This document shows positions 10,386 through 20,618 of a stretch of 64,000 nucleotides of DNA, one piece after another; positions within the stretch are counted from its first letter, which is position 1, and each line of letters begins with the position of its first letter. Position numbers and translations under genes: made by a program. Location: contig CAYGLK010000002.1 in the NCBI GenBank assembly GCA_964350985.1, positions 382 through 64,381 on the forward strand, written 5' to 3'. This DNA is from an uncultured Candidatus Saccharibacteria bacterium (GTDB taxonomy: Bacteria; Patescibacteriota; Minisyncoccia; Phycocordibacterales; UBA918). The notes under the pieces are model-generated. The model ran no database searches, was not told the DNA's origin, and saw only the letters and a list, made by a program, of their open reading frames with translations.

Positions 10386-10757
10386 ATGCGTCTTACAAAA
10401 CATCGTCAAACTATTCTCGATTATTTAGACCGTAACGCTCAGGCACTATCAGCGGCAGAGATTCATGCTGCCCTACCCCTGATTAACCTGGTTACAATCT
10501 ATCGCAGCCTTGAATTTTTTGTTGAGAAAGGAATGATCACTAAACTACACCTTGGTAAACAAGAAGCCATCTATGAAAAACAACACGAGCCACATCACCA
10601 TGCTGTTTGTAATGAATGTGAAAAAGTAATTCACTTTACTCTTGATGACGAAAATTTAAAAAAAGAATTCTCCCTTCCGGGATTTAATATTGAGGATGTT
10701 GAGATAACAATCCGAGGTAACTGTAAAAGTACGCACCAAAAAACTAAAGTAGGATAA
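10386..10757 (+). CDS. Fur/Zur family transcriptional regulator
   Basis: RLTKHRQTIL, TIYRSL, HHHAVCNEC and C-terminal GNCKS; start re-called at MRLTK. Confidence 0.9.
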   Translation: MRLTKHRQTILDYLDRNAQALSAAEIHAALPLINLVTIYRSLEFFVEKGMITKLHLGKQEAIYEKQHEPHHHAVCNECEKVIHFTLDDENLKKEFSLPGFNIEDVEITIRGNCKSTHQKTKVG

Positions 10758-11997
10758 GCGAACTTAAACCAAGTAGAAGTATGAGGCCAAAAACATCAGT
10801 AGCGGTTGTAATAAAGATAGTCGAAGTTGATGCTGGGTCTTTACCGATATGCTTTAAGAAAAGCGGTACAAAAGCACCAAAAAATCCAGCGACCACGTGA
10901 ACCCCAACCATACTTAGTCCAACTGCCAATCCGAGTAAAGCACTATCATTCCAGACAATAGATATCAGGGCCACAATCAACCCAATAACTGTTCCATTTA
11001 AAATACCTGTTTTGACCTCAAGCCAAACTGCTGGCAAACCATTTGAAAACGATATAGTTCCAAGAGTAATACCACGCAACATTACCGCAAAAACCTGACT
11101 AGCTGCATTTCCACCCATTCCGGCAACAATAGGAATATACATTGCCAATATCACCAACTGATCGAGGGTGTCTTGAAAAAGAAAAATCATTGATCCAGCG
11201 ATAAAGGCGGTTGCTAAGTTAAGGATCAACCAGCGATAACGACTAGTGAACTTTTTTAAGACTGGGTCAAAGGGACGAGAAGTGTCGTCCATACCACTGA
11301 TTTCATATAGTGACTCAGCTGGTAACTTCCCAAACAGGGCTCTGGCATCGTCAGCATAAATAAGACCTAGAACACTGTGGTCATGATCTAGAACAACTAC
11401 TTTTTTTCTTTGTGAGAGAGTGATTATTTCTATTACCTGTGATACCTCTGCTTGGTAAGTAACTGTTTGTACTGGCTGAACAAATCTTTTTAAAGTAGCA
11501 CTGTTGCGCTCACGAACCAGTCTAGACATTGGTACGTCACCAACCAAAGTCCCTTTATCATGAACCAAAACCTCAGGAAATTTGCCAGTATCATCAAAGT
11601 GCTCTTCAATTGCACTAGCAGCTTCACCAATAGTAGACTTCACCGGTAAAAGTACGTAATTAAAACTAATCAGAGCCAAAGTAGCTTTAGGATGAAAACG
11701 TAGAAAATATTCGATTTTTTCTCGGACGTCACTTTTAAGTTTTTTAATGATCTTAAGTCGGTACTGTTCGTCTTTGATACGATATAAAACATTCTCGGCC
11801 AACCGAGGGTCCATATGATCCAACATATCAACAATCTCGTGCATCTTCAGATTACTCAAAAGATCTTCTTGAACATAAGGAGATAGACTCTGCATCACTG
11901 AACTCTGTTCCCCTAAAGATAAGTTTCGTAAGCGACCCAGTCTTTCTTTGGGACGACTTGAAATGAATTTTATTTCAGAGTCTAGATTTTTTTCCAT
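10744..11997 (-). CDS. mgtE: MgtE-family magnesium transporter (CBS + TM domain)
   Basis: RYRWL, GMGGNAASQ, DPASTS..ITT.TDVFG motifs; start approximate (MEKNLD). Confidence 0.85.
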   Translation of the reverse strand: MEKNLDSEIKFISSRPKERLGRLRNLSLGEQSSVMQSLSPYVQEDLLSNLKMHEIVDMLDHMDPRLAENVLYRIKDEQYRLKIIKKLKSDVREKIEYFLRFHPKATLALISFNYVLLPVKSTIGEAASAIEEHFDDTGKFPEVLVHDKGTLVGDVPMSRLVRERNSATLKRFVQPVQTVTYQAEVSQVIEIITLSQRKKVVVLDHDHSVLGLIYADDARALFGKLPAESLYEISGMDDTSRPFDPVLKKFTSRYRWLILNLATAFIAGSMIFLFQDTLDQLVILAMYIPIVAGMGGNAASQVFAVMLRGITLGTISFSNGLPAVWLEVKTGILNGTVIGLIVALISIVWNDSALLGLAVGLSMVGVHVVAGFFGAFVPLFLKHIGKDPASTSTIFITTATDVFGLILLLGLSSLILL

Positions 11998-12080
11998 CAA
12001 GTTATTATAGCAGCTTAAATTTTGATACAGAAAAAGAGGTGTGAAGACACACCTCTTTTTCTGTATCAAATAAAATTAAC

Positions 12081-12992
12081 TTAGAGTAAAATCTCAACTT
12101 CTGCTTCCTCTCGCAAAGTACCAATATATTCAGTGATGATTTCTTGTTCTTTTGTAAGTGTGATTTGTTGTTCAATCTGAGCACTTACTTCTTCAAGTGG
12201 TGGGAGGCCAGCTTCAGAACCACCCACTTGTTCGTAGAGGGCTGCAATTTCTTCTTCAGTTACATTAATGTTGTCAGATGGAATTTTTACTTCAAATAAT
12301 CCTTGAATCAAAAATTCATTTTCAATATCTCGTCTAAGACTCTCTTCGGTAACGTTAAATTCTGCCATCCGAGCTGCTAGAGCATCAGCTCCACCTAAAC
12401 CTTCGCTGATTTCGTTAAACCGAGTATCTATTTGCTCTTGTGAAACTTCTATTCCTTCATCAATCGCTGCTTGTCTAAGCAATTCTGCGTTAACCAAAGT
12501 TTCAATTGCTTGAGCTTCAATTTGCTCAACTACTAACGGGTCACTTACGTCAGCTCCTTGTGTTGCTTGGATATCCAAAAGTTGACTGACACTACTGTCA
12601 AAGTCTTTCTTTAAGATTGGAGAATCGTTTACTGTTGCGACTGGTTTACTTGACTCCATATTATTAATAATCCCTGAGAATAAACCTGTAGAGATTCTTC
12701 CATCTTTTTCCAAGACAAAGATCAAGCCTGCTCCGATAATAAGGATTGCTAATACAACACCAAGATAAGCCTTGATGTTAAAGTTTGCTGGACTAGTCAC
12801 TACTGACTCAGCTCCTGCATTCATTGAAGAATCCGGAGCTACATAAGGAGCTACTGGTTCTGGGTTTTGCTGATCCACTACAGGAGCTGCTGGAGTCGCT
12901 TCTGACTCAGGAGTTACCACTGGTGTCTCATGTACTGGTGTGGCTGTATCAGGATTATTCCCTACCACCGGGTCTTGTTCTCTTTCGTTCAT
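12081..12992 (-). CDS. SurA N-terminal domain membrane-anchored chaperone
   Basis: TM followed by VATVND, LVNAELLRQAA..GIEVS, LREEAEVEIL. Confidence 0.75.
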   Translation of the reverse strand: MNEREQDPVVGNNPDTATPVHETPVVTPESEATPAAPVVDQQNPEPVAPYVAPDSSMNAGAESVVTSPANFNIKAYLGVVLAILIIGAGLIFVLEKDGRISTGLFSGIINNMESSKPVATVNDSPILKKDFDSSVSQLLDIQATQGADVSDPLVVEQIEAQAIETLVNAELLRQAAIDEGIEVSQEQIDTRFNEISEGLGGADALAARMAEFNVTEESLRRDIENEFLIQGLFEVKIPSDNINVTEEEIAALYEQVGGSEAGLPPLEEVSAQIEQQITLTKEQEIITEYIGTLREEAEVEILL

Positions 12993-13071
12993 AAAGTAAA
13001 ATTACAAAAAATTAACAACGTGAATCACCTCCTAATAAGGGAACGTTTACAATATAATACCATACTTAGTT

Positions 13072-13827
13072 TTAAGAAGAAGCCAAAGCCTGAGGATGCT
13101 TAGCGCTCCAAGAAGCCAAAACGACAGCCGTGGCCGCTGCGGCATTTAGTGATTCACAGCGAGGGTGAATCGGAATAGAAATCAAATCATCGCAAAGTTC
13201 TTTGGTCTTTTCGCGAAGACCAGCTCCTTCGTTACCAAGAATAAAGACTGATGGTTTTGGAAAATCTTCTTTTGCAGTAGAAACAGTACCATCACCTTCA
13301 AGACCATAAACCCAACAGCCGCGCTTTTGTAGATCGCGAGCGACGCTATTAACGTTACTGATAGCCACCAAAGGAATTCGGAAAGCCATACCAGCAGAAA
13401 CTTTAACCACAGTACCAGTGACCGGAGCTTGATTGTGAGGTGGAATCAATACACCAGCTAAACCAAAAGCGGCTGCGCTACGGATTACCGCGCCAACATT
13501 ATGAGGGTCTTGTACCTCACCCAATATCAAGAAGGCTGTGTCGTCGGTGATTTTAAGATTGTTAATGAAATCTTTATAATCAACCATTAATTTTTCAGGT
13601 AAAATACCCGCCACAATCCCCTGATGAGCTGCATTAGCTGAAACACCTCGTGGTGGGTTTTTGAGGTTTAGCGGCTTAGCGATAATGCCAGAGTCTTCGA
13701 TAATCTTCAGGATTTTAGCATCAGAAAAATTCAGATCTAAAAAGATCTGCTTCACAACGTCAGGACGCTCTCTAAGGGCTTCCACAACAGCGTGTTTACC
13801 AAACATGTATTCATACTCTGGTTTCAT
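13072..13827 (-). CDS. rlmB: 23S rRNA 2'-O-methyltransferase, TrmH/RlmB family
   Basis: GKHAVVEAL, QDPHNVGAVIRSA, GNEGAG and SLNAA SPOUT motifs. Confidence 0.9.
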   Translation of the reverse strand: MKPEYEYMFGKHAVVEALRERPDVVKQIFLDLNFSDAKILKIIEDSGIIAKPLNLKNPPRGVSANAAHQGIVAGILPEKLMVDYKDFINNLKITDDTAFLILGEVQDPHNVGAVIRSAAAFGLAGVLIPPHNQAPVTGTVVKVSAGMAFRIPLVAISNVNSVARDLQKRGCWVYGLEGDGTVSTAKEDFPKPSVFILGNEGAGLREKTKELCDDLISIPIHPRCESLNAAAATAVVLASWSAKHPQALASS

Positions 13828-13884
13828 ATGGCGCCATAGTATCATGTTTTGTGTAGATGGCTACAGCCATGCTAGGATTGCTGC

Positions 13885-15132
13885 ATGAAAGACAAGTGGG
13901 ACGTTATAGTCATTGGCGGTGGTCCAGCAGGCATGATGAGTGCGGCTATTGCGGCTGGTCGAGGATTTAAAGTCCTTTTGCTGGAGAAAAACCCCACTAC
14001 AGGTAAAAAGCTTCGTATCACAGGAGGGGGTCGCTGTAATATCACCAACGCTACTTTTAATAATCGTACTCTCTTAGCTCGCTATAAGGATGCTGAGCAG
14101 TTTTTATTTTCTGCTTTTGCACAGCACTCTGTCCAAGATTCTTTGAACTATTTCACTAAACTTGGTTTGGAGACAAAAACTGAAGCTGAAAACCGCATCT
14201 TCCCCACTTCGGAAAAGGCCGAGGATGTTGCGCTAGCTTTAGAGGCTAGTCTTAAGCAAAACAAAGTTGTAGTGAGAACTGACACTAAAGTAACTGGGCT
14301 TAATCATAAAAACGGAAGACTAACATCCGTCACAACTACAGATGGTGAACTAAGTGCTACTTCATTTATTTTAGCTACTGGTGGCACATCAAGACCTGAA
14401 ACAGGATCTACTGGAGATGGATATAAGTGGCTCCAAAAAATAGGTCATCAAATAATCACCCCCTTACCCTCTCTAGTACCAATCGTTGCAAAAGACACCT
14501 GGCTTACAAAAATATCTGGACTGACTTTACCTGAGTGCATTATCTCCGTTTACCAAGATGGATTACTGGTACAAAAAAATACCGGGAAAGTTTTATTCAC
14601 TCACCAGGGATTAAGCGGACCAGGAATCTTAAATCTAAGCTCGGTTATTGGTGAAGGATTAAAACACGGCCAAGTGCAGCTAAAGTTAAATCTTAATCCT
14701 AAATACACGGATGAATCTCTAAATGAAAAGCTAAAAGAATTATGTATCAATGATTCCAACAAGAAGATCAAAAACCTGATCCGGGAGATTATTCCTTCAG
14801 GCCTCGTTTCACCTGTATTAGCACAAGCTGATATTAATGAGGAGAGAAAAGGAAATACAATAACTCGAGCAGAAAGACACATTCTAACAAATAGTATCAG
14901 GGGGCTAAAAGTGAATGTCAGACACTTACTTGGAGTAGAAAAAGCGATTATTGCGAGCGGTGGAGTGGACCTGTCTGAGATTGATTTTAAAACCATGTCG
15001 TCAAAACTTTTTCCAAATTTGTTTATTGTTGGAGACCTTTTAAATATTGACCGCCCTTCCGGAGGTTATAGCCTGCAGCTTTGCTGGACCACTGGCTTTG
15101 TCGCTGGAAATAATTGTATAGCTAAAAAATAA
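13885..15132 (+). CDS. HI0933/BaiN-family flavoprotein
   Basis: GGGPAG, GKKLRITGGGRCNITN, LFTHQGLSGP, GGYSLQ motifs. Confidence 0.92.
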   Translation: MKDKWDVIVIGGGPAGMMSAAIAAGRGFKVLLLEKNPTTGKKLRITGGGRCNITNATFNNRTLLARYKDAEQFLFSAFAQHSVQDSLNYFTKLGLETKTEAENRIFPTSEKAEDVALALEASLKQNKVVVRTDTKVTGLNHKNGRLTSVTTTDGELSATSFILATGGTSRPETGSTGDGYKWLQKIGHQIITPLPSLVPIVAKDTWLTKISGLTLPECIISVYQDGLLVQKNTGKVLFTHQGLSGPGILNLSSVIGEGLKHGQVQLKLNLNPKYTDESLNEKLKELCINDSNKKIKNLIREIIPSGLVSPVLAQADINEERKGNTITRAERHILTNSIRGLKVNVRHLLGVEKAIIASGGVDLSEIDFKTMSSKLFPNLFIVGDLLNIDRPSGGYSLQLCWTTGFVAGNNCIAKK

Positions 15133-15135
15133 ATA

Positions 15136-15375
15136 TTATTTTTTAGCTGCTCTAGCCGCCAATCTTTTCTTCCATAAATAAAAATTTTCCACCTTGGCTC
15201 TAGCCCAAGGAGTTTTACGTAGAAAGACTAAGCTAGAACTAACAGATGGTTTAGTAGTGAAACATTTTATTGGGATTTGCTTGCCCAACTCTTCAAACCC
15301 AAACTCCTCTACCAAAGACTCCAAAATCGCTTTGAGAGTAAAGCCATGAAGTGGATTTTTAGGTTGTGTATCCAT
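15136..15375 (-). CDS. VF530 family (DUF2132) small DNA-binding protein
   Basis: NPLHGFTL...PSVSSSLVFLRKTPWARAKVE. Confidence 0.88.
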   Translation of the reverse strand: MDTQPKNPLHGFTLKAILESLVEEFGFEELGKQIPIKCFTTKPSVSSSLVFLRKTPWARAKVENFYLWKKRLAARAAKK

Positions 15376-15460
15376 AGAGTGATTGTACTACAAATAAAAA
15401 TAATTATTTTTTTCAAATAATTTAATAGCCCCCGCTTATTGCGGGGGGCCTTCTACGGAA

Positions 15461-15655
15461 CTAGCTGTTTCGTTGACGCCCGGCAAAGGACTTCAGCATG
15501 AGCCACTCATTCTTTGTCAAAGTGACCTGACCTCCGTGATCGTCACTGATCACGACTTTTTCTGGATTTTTGAAGTCCAGAGTTGGACAGCGCATACCAC
15601 TCCGACAGAGTGTCAGGACTCCGTCAACAACTTTAAGTCTTTTATCCTTAGCCAT
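15461..15655 (-). CDS. Hypothetical small protein
   Basis: 64 aa ORF with GAGG ribosome-binding site and downstream hairpin. Confidence 0.55.
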   Translation of the reverse strand: MAKDKRLKVVDGVLTLCRSGMRCPTLDFKNPEKVVISDDHGGQVTLTKNEWLMLKSFAGRQRNS

Positions 15656-15833
15656 GATCTATCCTCGTAAGGGACCTAGAGCAAATTCAGAGCCGATGTC
15701 CGATGACACGGCCGTCTCTGATCCAAAAGAGACTATAAGTTAACTTTCTTGAACTGTCAAATTATTCTTAAGTCAGGTCCAAAAGCAGAAAGGGCCTGAA
15801 GAAAGCGCCGCTTTCTTCAGGCCCTTGGTAAAC

Positions 15834-16073
15834 TCATTGACGCATCCGAACCAGCTTCCCCTTACTGTTGTACAAAAAATAGATTGGGTCAGAGGAATCC
15901 GGATTGCGATGTCTGTTGTGCAACTGAACGATCAAAGTAGCGATTGCCTTAGACTTGTAGTCTCTAGGGTCACCGTAACCATCAGCTTCAGGATCAAGTT
16001 TAACGACCCTATACATTTTCTTTGGCGCACGGAACAGACTTCTCAGCCTGCTTGCTTTGCTTTTCGGGTTCAT
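15834..16073 (-). CDS. Hypothetical small basic protein
   Basis: 79 aa ORF followed by a hairpin at about 15791-15824. Confidence 0.5.
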   Translation of the reverse strand: MNPKSKASRLRSLFRAPKKMYRVVKLDPEADGYGDPRDYKSKAIATLIVQLHNRHRNPDSSDPIYFLYNSKGKLVRMRQ

Positions 16074-16139
16074 CTTTTACCCCAACGAGACCAACCGAAA
16101 ATATAGCACAGCTGATATTTTTTGCTACTAGGCGATTAA

Positions 16140-16637
16140 CTAAATAGAAGCTAAGTCAGCTGAATTGAATAAAACGCCAAATTGCTTACACCAGACCAGT
16201 GCATAACGATACTTTGTTAAGTCAGTCCCTTCTGGGATCTGGTAATTAATATTTCCTTCAGTTCCCTTTAGATCACCCAAATTAATAAATTCAGTAGCTT
16301 CAAGATCTGTCGCTAGATAAACAAACAGGTCCGGACCATTGATAGTCTTAAAATCTTCGTAGCGCAAATAGTTTTCTCCATTTGCTTCTACTATTCTAGC
16401 TGTGCCAGAAGCTGGATGCCCACTAGTACCAACAACTCCAGTCGCCTTCTTCTCAGAAACGTTCCCCTCTTCAGATGTTTCGTCATGTGAAACTTGCTCT
16501 ACTTCTTCATTATTAACCTCCGTCGGCAAGGCGTCATCAACTACAACATTAATAAACAGCGGTGAAACGGCGTAGTAGATTATGTAGCCAATAATAAGAA
16601 CTCCAACAATCAAAATTATTTTCTTTAGCATATACAC
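16140..16637 (-). CDS. DM13 domain protein
   Basis: GPDLFVYL, LKGTEGNINY, VWCKQFGVLF. Confidence 0.9.
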   Translation of the reverse strand: MYMLKKIILIVGVLIIGYIIYYAVSPLFINVVVDDALPTEVNNEEVEQVSHDETSEEGNVSEKKATGVVGTSGHPASGTARIVEANGENYLRYEDFKTINGPDLFVYLATDLEATEFINLGDLKGTEGNINYQIPEGTDLTKYRYALVWCKQFGVLFNSADLASI

Positions 16638-16656
16638 ATATTAATTCTATTAACTC

Positions 16657-17145
16657 CTACTTCAAATAGCTATCAAACCAAATAGCATGGCAGGTGTAGC
16701 CACCGATATTTCTCTCTAAATAGTCTTGGTGCTCACTCTCGGCTGGGTAAAATTTTTGCAGTGGCTCAAGCGTGGTTACTACTGGATCAGGCCATCTCTC
16801 AGAATCATTTACGATATCAATAAACTCTTCTCCTAATTTCTTCTCTTCTTCGTTTGCGTAAAAAATAGCTGATCTGTAAGACGTTCCTTTATCGTTACCT
16901 TGTTGATTTAATGTTGTCGGATTATGAATCTGAAAGAAAAAATCAAGTAGTTTTTTATATGACGTCACTTCGGGATCATACTCAATTTCTACAGCCTCAG
17001 CATGACCTTCATGACTACGATAAGTCGGGTCTTCGTTCTTACCTCCAGTATAACCAACCTCAGTATCAATCACTCCAGGTTGTTTACGCATCAAGTCCTC
17101 CAAACCCCAAAAACATCCCCCTGCTAGTACAATTTTTTTATTCAT
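16657..17145 (-). CDS. msrA: Peptide-methionine (S)-S-oxide reductase
   Basis: AGGCFWG motif, [11 protein letters not shown]. Confidence 0.97.
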   Translation of the reverse strand: MNKKIVLAGGCFWGLEDLMRKQPGVIDTEVGYTGGKNEDPTYRSHEGHAEAVEIEYDPEVTSYKKLLDFFFQIHNPTTLNQQGNDKGTSYRSAIFYANEEEKKLGEEFIDIVNDSERWPDPVVTTLEPLQKFYPAESEHQDYLERNIGGYTCHAIWFDSYLK

Positions 17146-17536
17146 GTGTAGTTTCGTTAAAATCTGAAAAACAAACAGAGTTCATACAGTAGCGCTTACC
17201 AGTCTCTGTTGGACCATCATCAAACAAGTGACCTAAGTGTGACTCACACACCGCACAAACAGTCTCAACTCGGCGCATACCATGAGACAAATCTACTATA
17301 TCTTTTACCGCTCCTGGCAACGCTTGGTCAAAGCTCGGCCAACCGGTTCCTGATTCAAATTTTGCATCAGCAGCAAAAAGTTCATTGCCGCAAGCAGCAC
17401 ACTTATAAAAACCATCCTTGTCAGGCTTAATTAACTTTCCAGAGAATGGTGCTTCAGTACCCTTCTCTCTCAGTACTCGATATTGCTCAGGAGTTAACTT
17501 AGTTTTGAAGTCATTTTGTGAAATATTTTTATCCAT
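17138..17536 (-). CDS. msrB: Peptide-methionine (R)-S-oxide reductase
   Basis: [32 protein letters not shown]. Confidence 0.97.
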   Translation of the reverse strand: MDKNISQNDFKTKLTPEQYRVLREKGTEAPFSGKLIKPDKDGFYKCAACGNELFAADAKFESGTGWPSFDQALPGAVKDIVDLSHGMRRVETVCAVCESHLGHLFDDGPTETGKRYCMNSVCFSDFNETTHE

Positions 17537-17649
17537 AAATAGATTTCGGTCTTAGACTGATAAAGCTTTTCTGTACTAATTCTATTATATATAAAAGAAC
17601 CCTCCATGTAAAGCAGACTTTACATGGAGGGTTTCCTTCTGTAGCTTGT

Positions 17650-18012
17650 TTAAAGATTTCGGTCACTCCAAATACGAGTTGATATTTTGGTAAGTACCAT
17701 CAGGATAAGAGTGATAACTAGCCAAGGATCAATAACATGATAGAAGCCTTGAACAGTTATCCCTAAGATCAAGCAGCTGGCTCCGACCAAAAAGGCGTTA
17801 CGTCCAGCCAAACTTCGATGTTGCTCATCTCTTTCATCTTCATTTTTTTCTCTCAAAATAAAGCTAGCAAAAATTCCAAACAAAACTAAAATCAGTGCCA
17901 AAACACTAGCGACCATCATATCTGGCATCCAAAAATCAAAAGGATTTAATAAGAAAATAGCTGTGGCGACAAGTAGGAATGAAACGACTGTTTCTTTAAG
18001 ATTATTTTTCAT
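17650..18012 (-). CDS. Membrane protein (DUF2178-like)
   Basis: 4 TM helices with a DERD motif; coupled to the XRE gene. Confidence 0.6.
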   Translation of the reverse strand: MKNNLKETVVSFLLVATAIFLLNPFDFWMPDMMVASVLALILVLFGIFASFILREKNEDERDEQHRSLAGRNAFLVGASCLILGITVQGFYHVIDPWLVITLILMVLTKISTRIWSDRNL

Positions 18013-18214
18013 AAGTTATTTTAAATATTTTTTCAACTGGCTGCTTAAAAAAAGAAGCAATTTTCAAGGCCAACAAAATTGACGGTGTATAGTTACCTTT
18101 TTCTAACGCTATAATTGTCTGTCTACTAACTCCCACCTTATTAGCTAGTTCTTCCTGAGTAACATTGCTCTCTTGGCGGTATTTACAGACATGGTTGTGA
18201 ATTTTCTCTTGCAT
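18002..18214 (-). CDS. XRE-family HTH transcriptional regulator
   Basis: TQEELANKVGVSRQTIIALEKGNYTPS. Confidence 0.93.
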   Translation of the reverse strand: MQEKIHNHVCKYRQESNVTQEELANKVGVSRQTIIALEKGNYTPSILLALKIASFFKQPVEKIFKITYEK

Positions 18215-18275
18215 GACTTGATTTATTATAATATAGCAGACAAAACTTTAATGTAAAGTTATCTTTACTTTACTT

Positions 18276-20084
18276 TTAGATCGCCTTTTGCTTCACCCAG
18301 GCACTGTACTTCTCTGCCATCTTCTCGAAGCTAGAGCTGTTGTTAGCAATCACCTCCTTTCCGTGAACCATTTTTATATCAGCTTTTAGATCTATGGGCT
18401 TATTACTTGATTTTACTTGCTCCATTCTCTTTAATCTTAACTTAGCTCTTTTAATCACCTGCTCTGGAGTCATCATCATTTCTCTAATCAAGGCTTTGCT
18501 AGACAACTTCTGTCCTGTCGCTAACTTGACCGAGTCTTTAAAAGAATACTTAGCTCCCCACTTCCAAGTTACCTTCATCTCTTTACCTACCTTAGGATTA
18601 TCGACAATGAATTCATATTTTTTATAAAAGTAGTCTCGCCACTGAGTTAAAGCGATCTTAGCCAGTGCATATCCATGATAAGAACAAGAACTATCCCAAC
18701 TATAAATATGCGGAGTATTTAATGCCATTAAAGAATCTACTTCCATGTCAAAAAATCGACGGTGATTTCTCTTAGCGATTTGTAGAATCTTTTTTGCTGT
18801 TGGCTCTTTCTCTTCATAAACTTCGCGCTCAAAAGTTGAAACAAAGATTAGGCCTAGAATGTAGGTAGGTCTAAGTAGATTTAATTTTTTCTCTTTCTTT
18901 TCAAATAGCTCAAAAGGATAAGCTTCGCCTGAATCATTCTTGGCATAATGCTGTTTCCACTCAATACTATCGAACATCGTATCAATAAACATGCTGTGTG
19001 TTTCAGCCCAACAAGCAGTCATTGGTGCGTACTCATGGTTTAGACAGACTTCCTTTTGTTCAGTGTTTAGTAAGTGCGCTGCATGCCCACCTTCATGAAA
19101 GAGAGTGTTATAGCCAACAATGCCAGAGCCAACTTGCCCGGCCACCACATTACAAGTAAAGTTTGCCGCTCCAGGCACACGCTTTCCATTTTCAAAATGA
19201 ACCAACTCTGGCCAATGACAGAAACCATTATTGTATTTTTCTTTCCGTTCTAACAAATCAAGTTTTAGTTTACCGTTTTGAAAATCGATCCCTAAAGCTG
19301 AAAAAGAACGTCCCCAGCGAGGCAACGCTTGGTCAAATTGAAAATAGGGATCTTCTTCTTTAGTGAAATCACCCGACATGAAGTAACCAAAGTTCCAAGG
19401 TTTACGCAAACCAGGTTGAGTTTTTTCTAGTTCTCGTACTTTTCCAAAATAACCACTCGTCTCTTTGGTGATGTCCTCAAATAAAGAGAAGAGCTCGTTT
19501 TTAGTCATCTTATCGACTACTTGTAAATTGTAGTCATAAAAATCTTCGTACCCGAGCATTTTTGCAAATGCATTTCTCAGTTTCACCAACTCAACATAGT
19601 CATCTAGACAGTCATGGGCCAAGGCTTCTCTGGCGACATAACATGCCTTACGAACCTTCTCGTCAGAATGCGTCTGCATTAAAGTGCGCATCTTTAATAT
19701 CGAAGCCGGGACAAACTTTTTTGTTTTTGGTTCAATATAACCTTCTGTCCTACTAGCTCTAGTCTTGCCAATTTTTGTCTCTAAGGCTGATATTTCTTTC
19801 TTTATTTTAATAGCCTCTTTTGGCATTTGATATTGTTGAAAGAACTCAATCCATATTTGCAATCTTTCTTTCTCTTTCTCTTTTGCAGTCTTTTGTATCT
19901 CTTTTGTAGCTTGCAGTATATCTGTGTCGCTTCTAAAATCATCAAGTTTACTTAGTGCTTTATTCATTTTTAAAGAGGCGCTATCGTCTCCCATATAAAA
20001 AGTCCAAAAATTAGACTCGTAGTCCTTATGAAGTTTTAAATATTTTTTGTTTAACTGATCTAGAAATTGTAGTGATGAAGACAT
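18276..20084 (-). CDS. M3-family metallopeptidase
   Basis: TLFHEGGHAAH zinc motif and downstream AETHSMF. Confidence 0.8.
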   Translation of the reverse strand: MSSSLQFLDQLNKKYLKLHKDYESNFWTFYMGDDSASLKMNKALSKLDDFRSDTDILQATKEIQKTAKEKEKERLQIWIEFFQQYQMPKEAIKIKKEISALETKIGKTRASRTEGYIEPKTKKFVPASILKMRTLMQTHSDEKVRKACYVAREALAHDCLDDYVELVKLRNAFAKMLGYEDFYDYNLQVVDKMTKNELFSLFEDITKETSGYFGKVRELEKTQPGLRKPWNFGYFMSGDFTKEEDPYFQFDQALPRWGRSFSALGIDFQNGKLKLDLLERKEKYNNGFCHWPELVHFENGKRVPGAANFTCNVVAGQVGSGIVGYNTLFHEGGHAAHLLNTEQKEVCLNHEYAPMTACWAETHSMFIDTMFDSIEWKQHYAKNDSGEAYPFELFEKKEKKLNLLRPTYILGLIFVSTFEREVYEEKEPTAKKILQIAKRNHRRFFDMEVDSLMALNTPHIYSWDSSCSYHGYALAKIALTQWRDYFYKKYEFIVDNPKVGKEMKVTWKWGAKYSFKDSVKLATGQKLSSKALIREMMMTPEQVIKRAKLRLKRMEQVKSSNKPIDLKADIKMVHGKEVIANNSSSFEKMAEKYSAWVKQKAI

Positions 20085-20190
20085 ATATAAAGGTTATTTT
20101 CCCTATTATAGCAAAAAAATAAAATTACTGTTTTCAACACATTTTAGCTCATGGGGTATAATAAAAGCCACTAATAATTTTTACATCAAT

Positions 20191-20565
20191 ATGCATCAAG
20201 GAAATTGGAAATGTAGTGGCTGCGGTGGGACAATTACAGAACTACCGTTTATGCCTAGGAGTGAATCAGGTCTCACTTGCCGCACCTGTTATGCCAAGTC
20301 AAAAGGTAGTTCAAGTCAACCAGCCCCAGAAATGCCCGTTGCTTCAGAAGCTCCAGACATCCCAGACTTCGCTGAAGTAGCTGGAGAACCGGCTCCGTCA
20401 GAGGACTTTGAAGGTTCTACACCTGTAGCTCCAGGTGAAAAGCCTAAATTTTCTGGAGAATGGAAATGTGCTATGTGTGGCAATACTATATCTTCCCTAC
20501 CATTTGAACCTCGTGATACCAGTAATTTAAAATGTCTAGATTGTTTTAAGAAAAGTAAAGCTTAA
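20191..20565 (+). CDS. Tandem CxxC-x17-CxxC zinc-ribbon protein
   Basis: Two WKC..CG..I..LPF.PR....C..C units joined by a Pro/Glu linker. Confidence 0.8.
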   Translation: MHQGNWKCSGCGGTITELPFMPRSESGLTCRTCYAKSKGSSSQPAPEMPVASEAPDIPDFAEVAGEPAPSEDFEGSTPVAPGEKPKFSGEWKCAMCGNTISSLPFEPRDTSNLKCLDCFKKSKA

Positions 20566-20567
20566 CC

Positions 20568-20609
20568 AATAATAAAAGCCCTATCCTCGCGGATAGGGCT
20601 TTTATTATT
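20568..20609. terminator. Bidirectional terminator between convergent genes
   Basis: AATAATAAAAGCCCTATCC-tcgc-GGATAGGGCTTTTATTATT. Confidence 0.75.
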
Positions 20610-20618
20610 TTCTTATAT

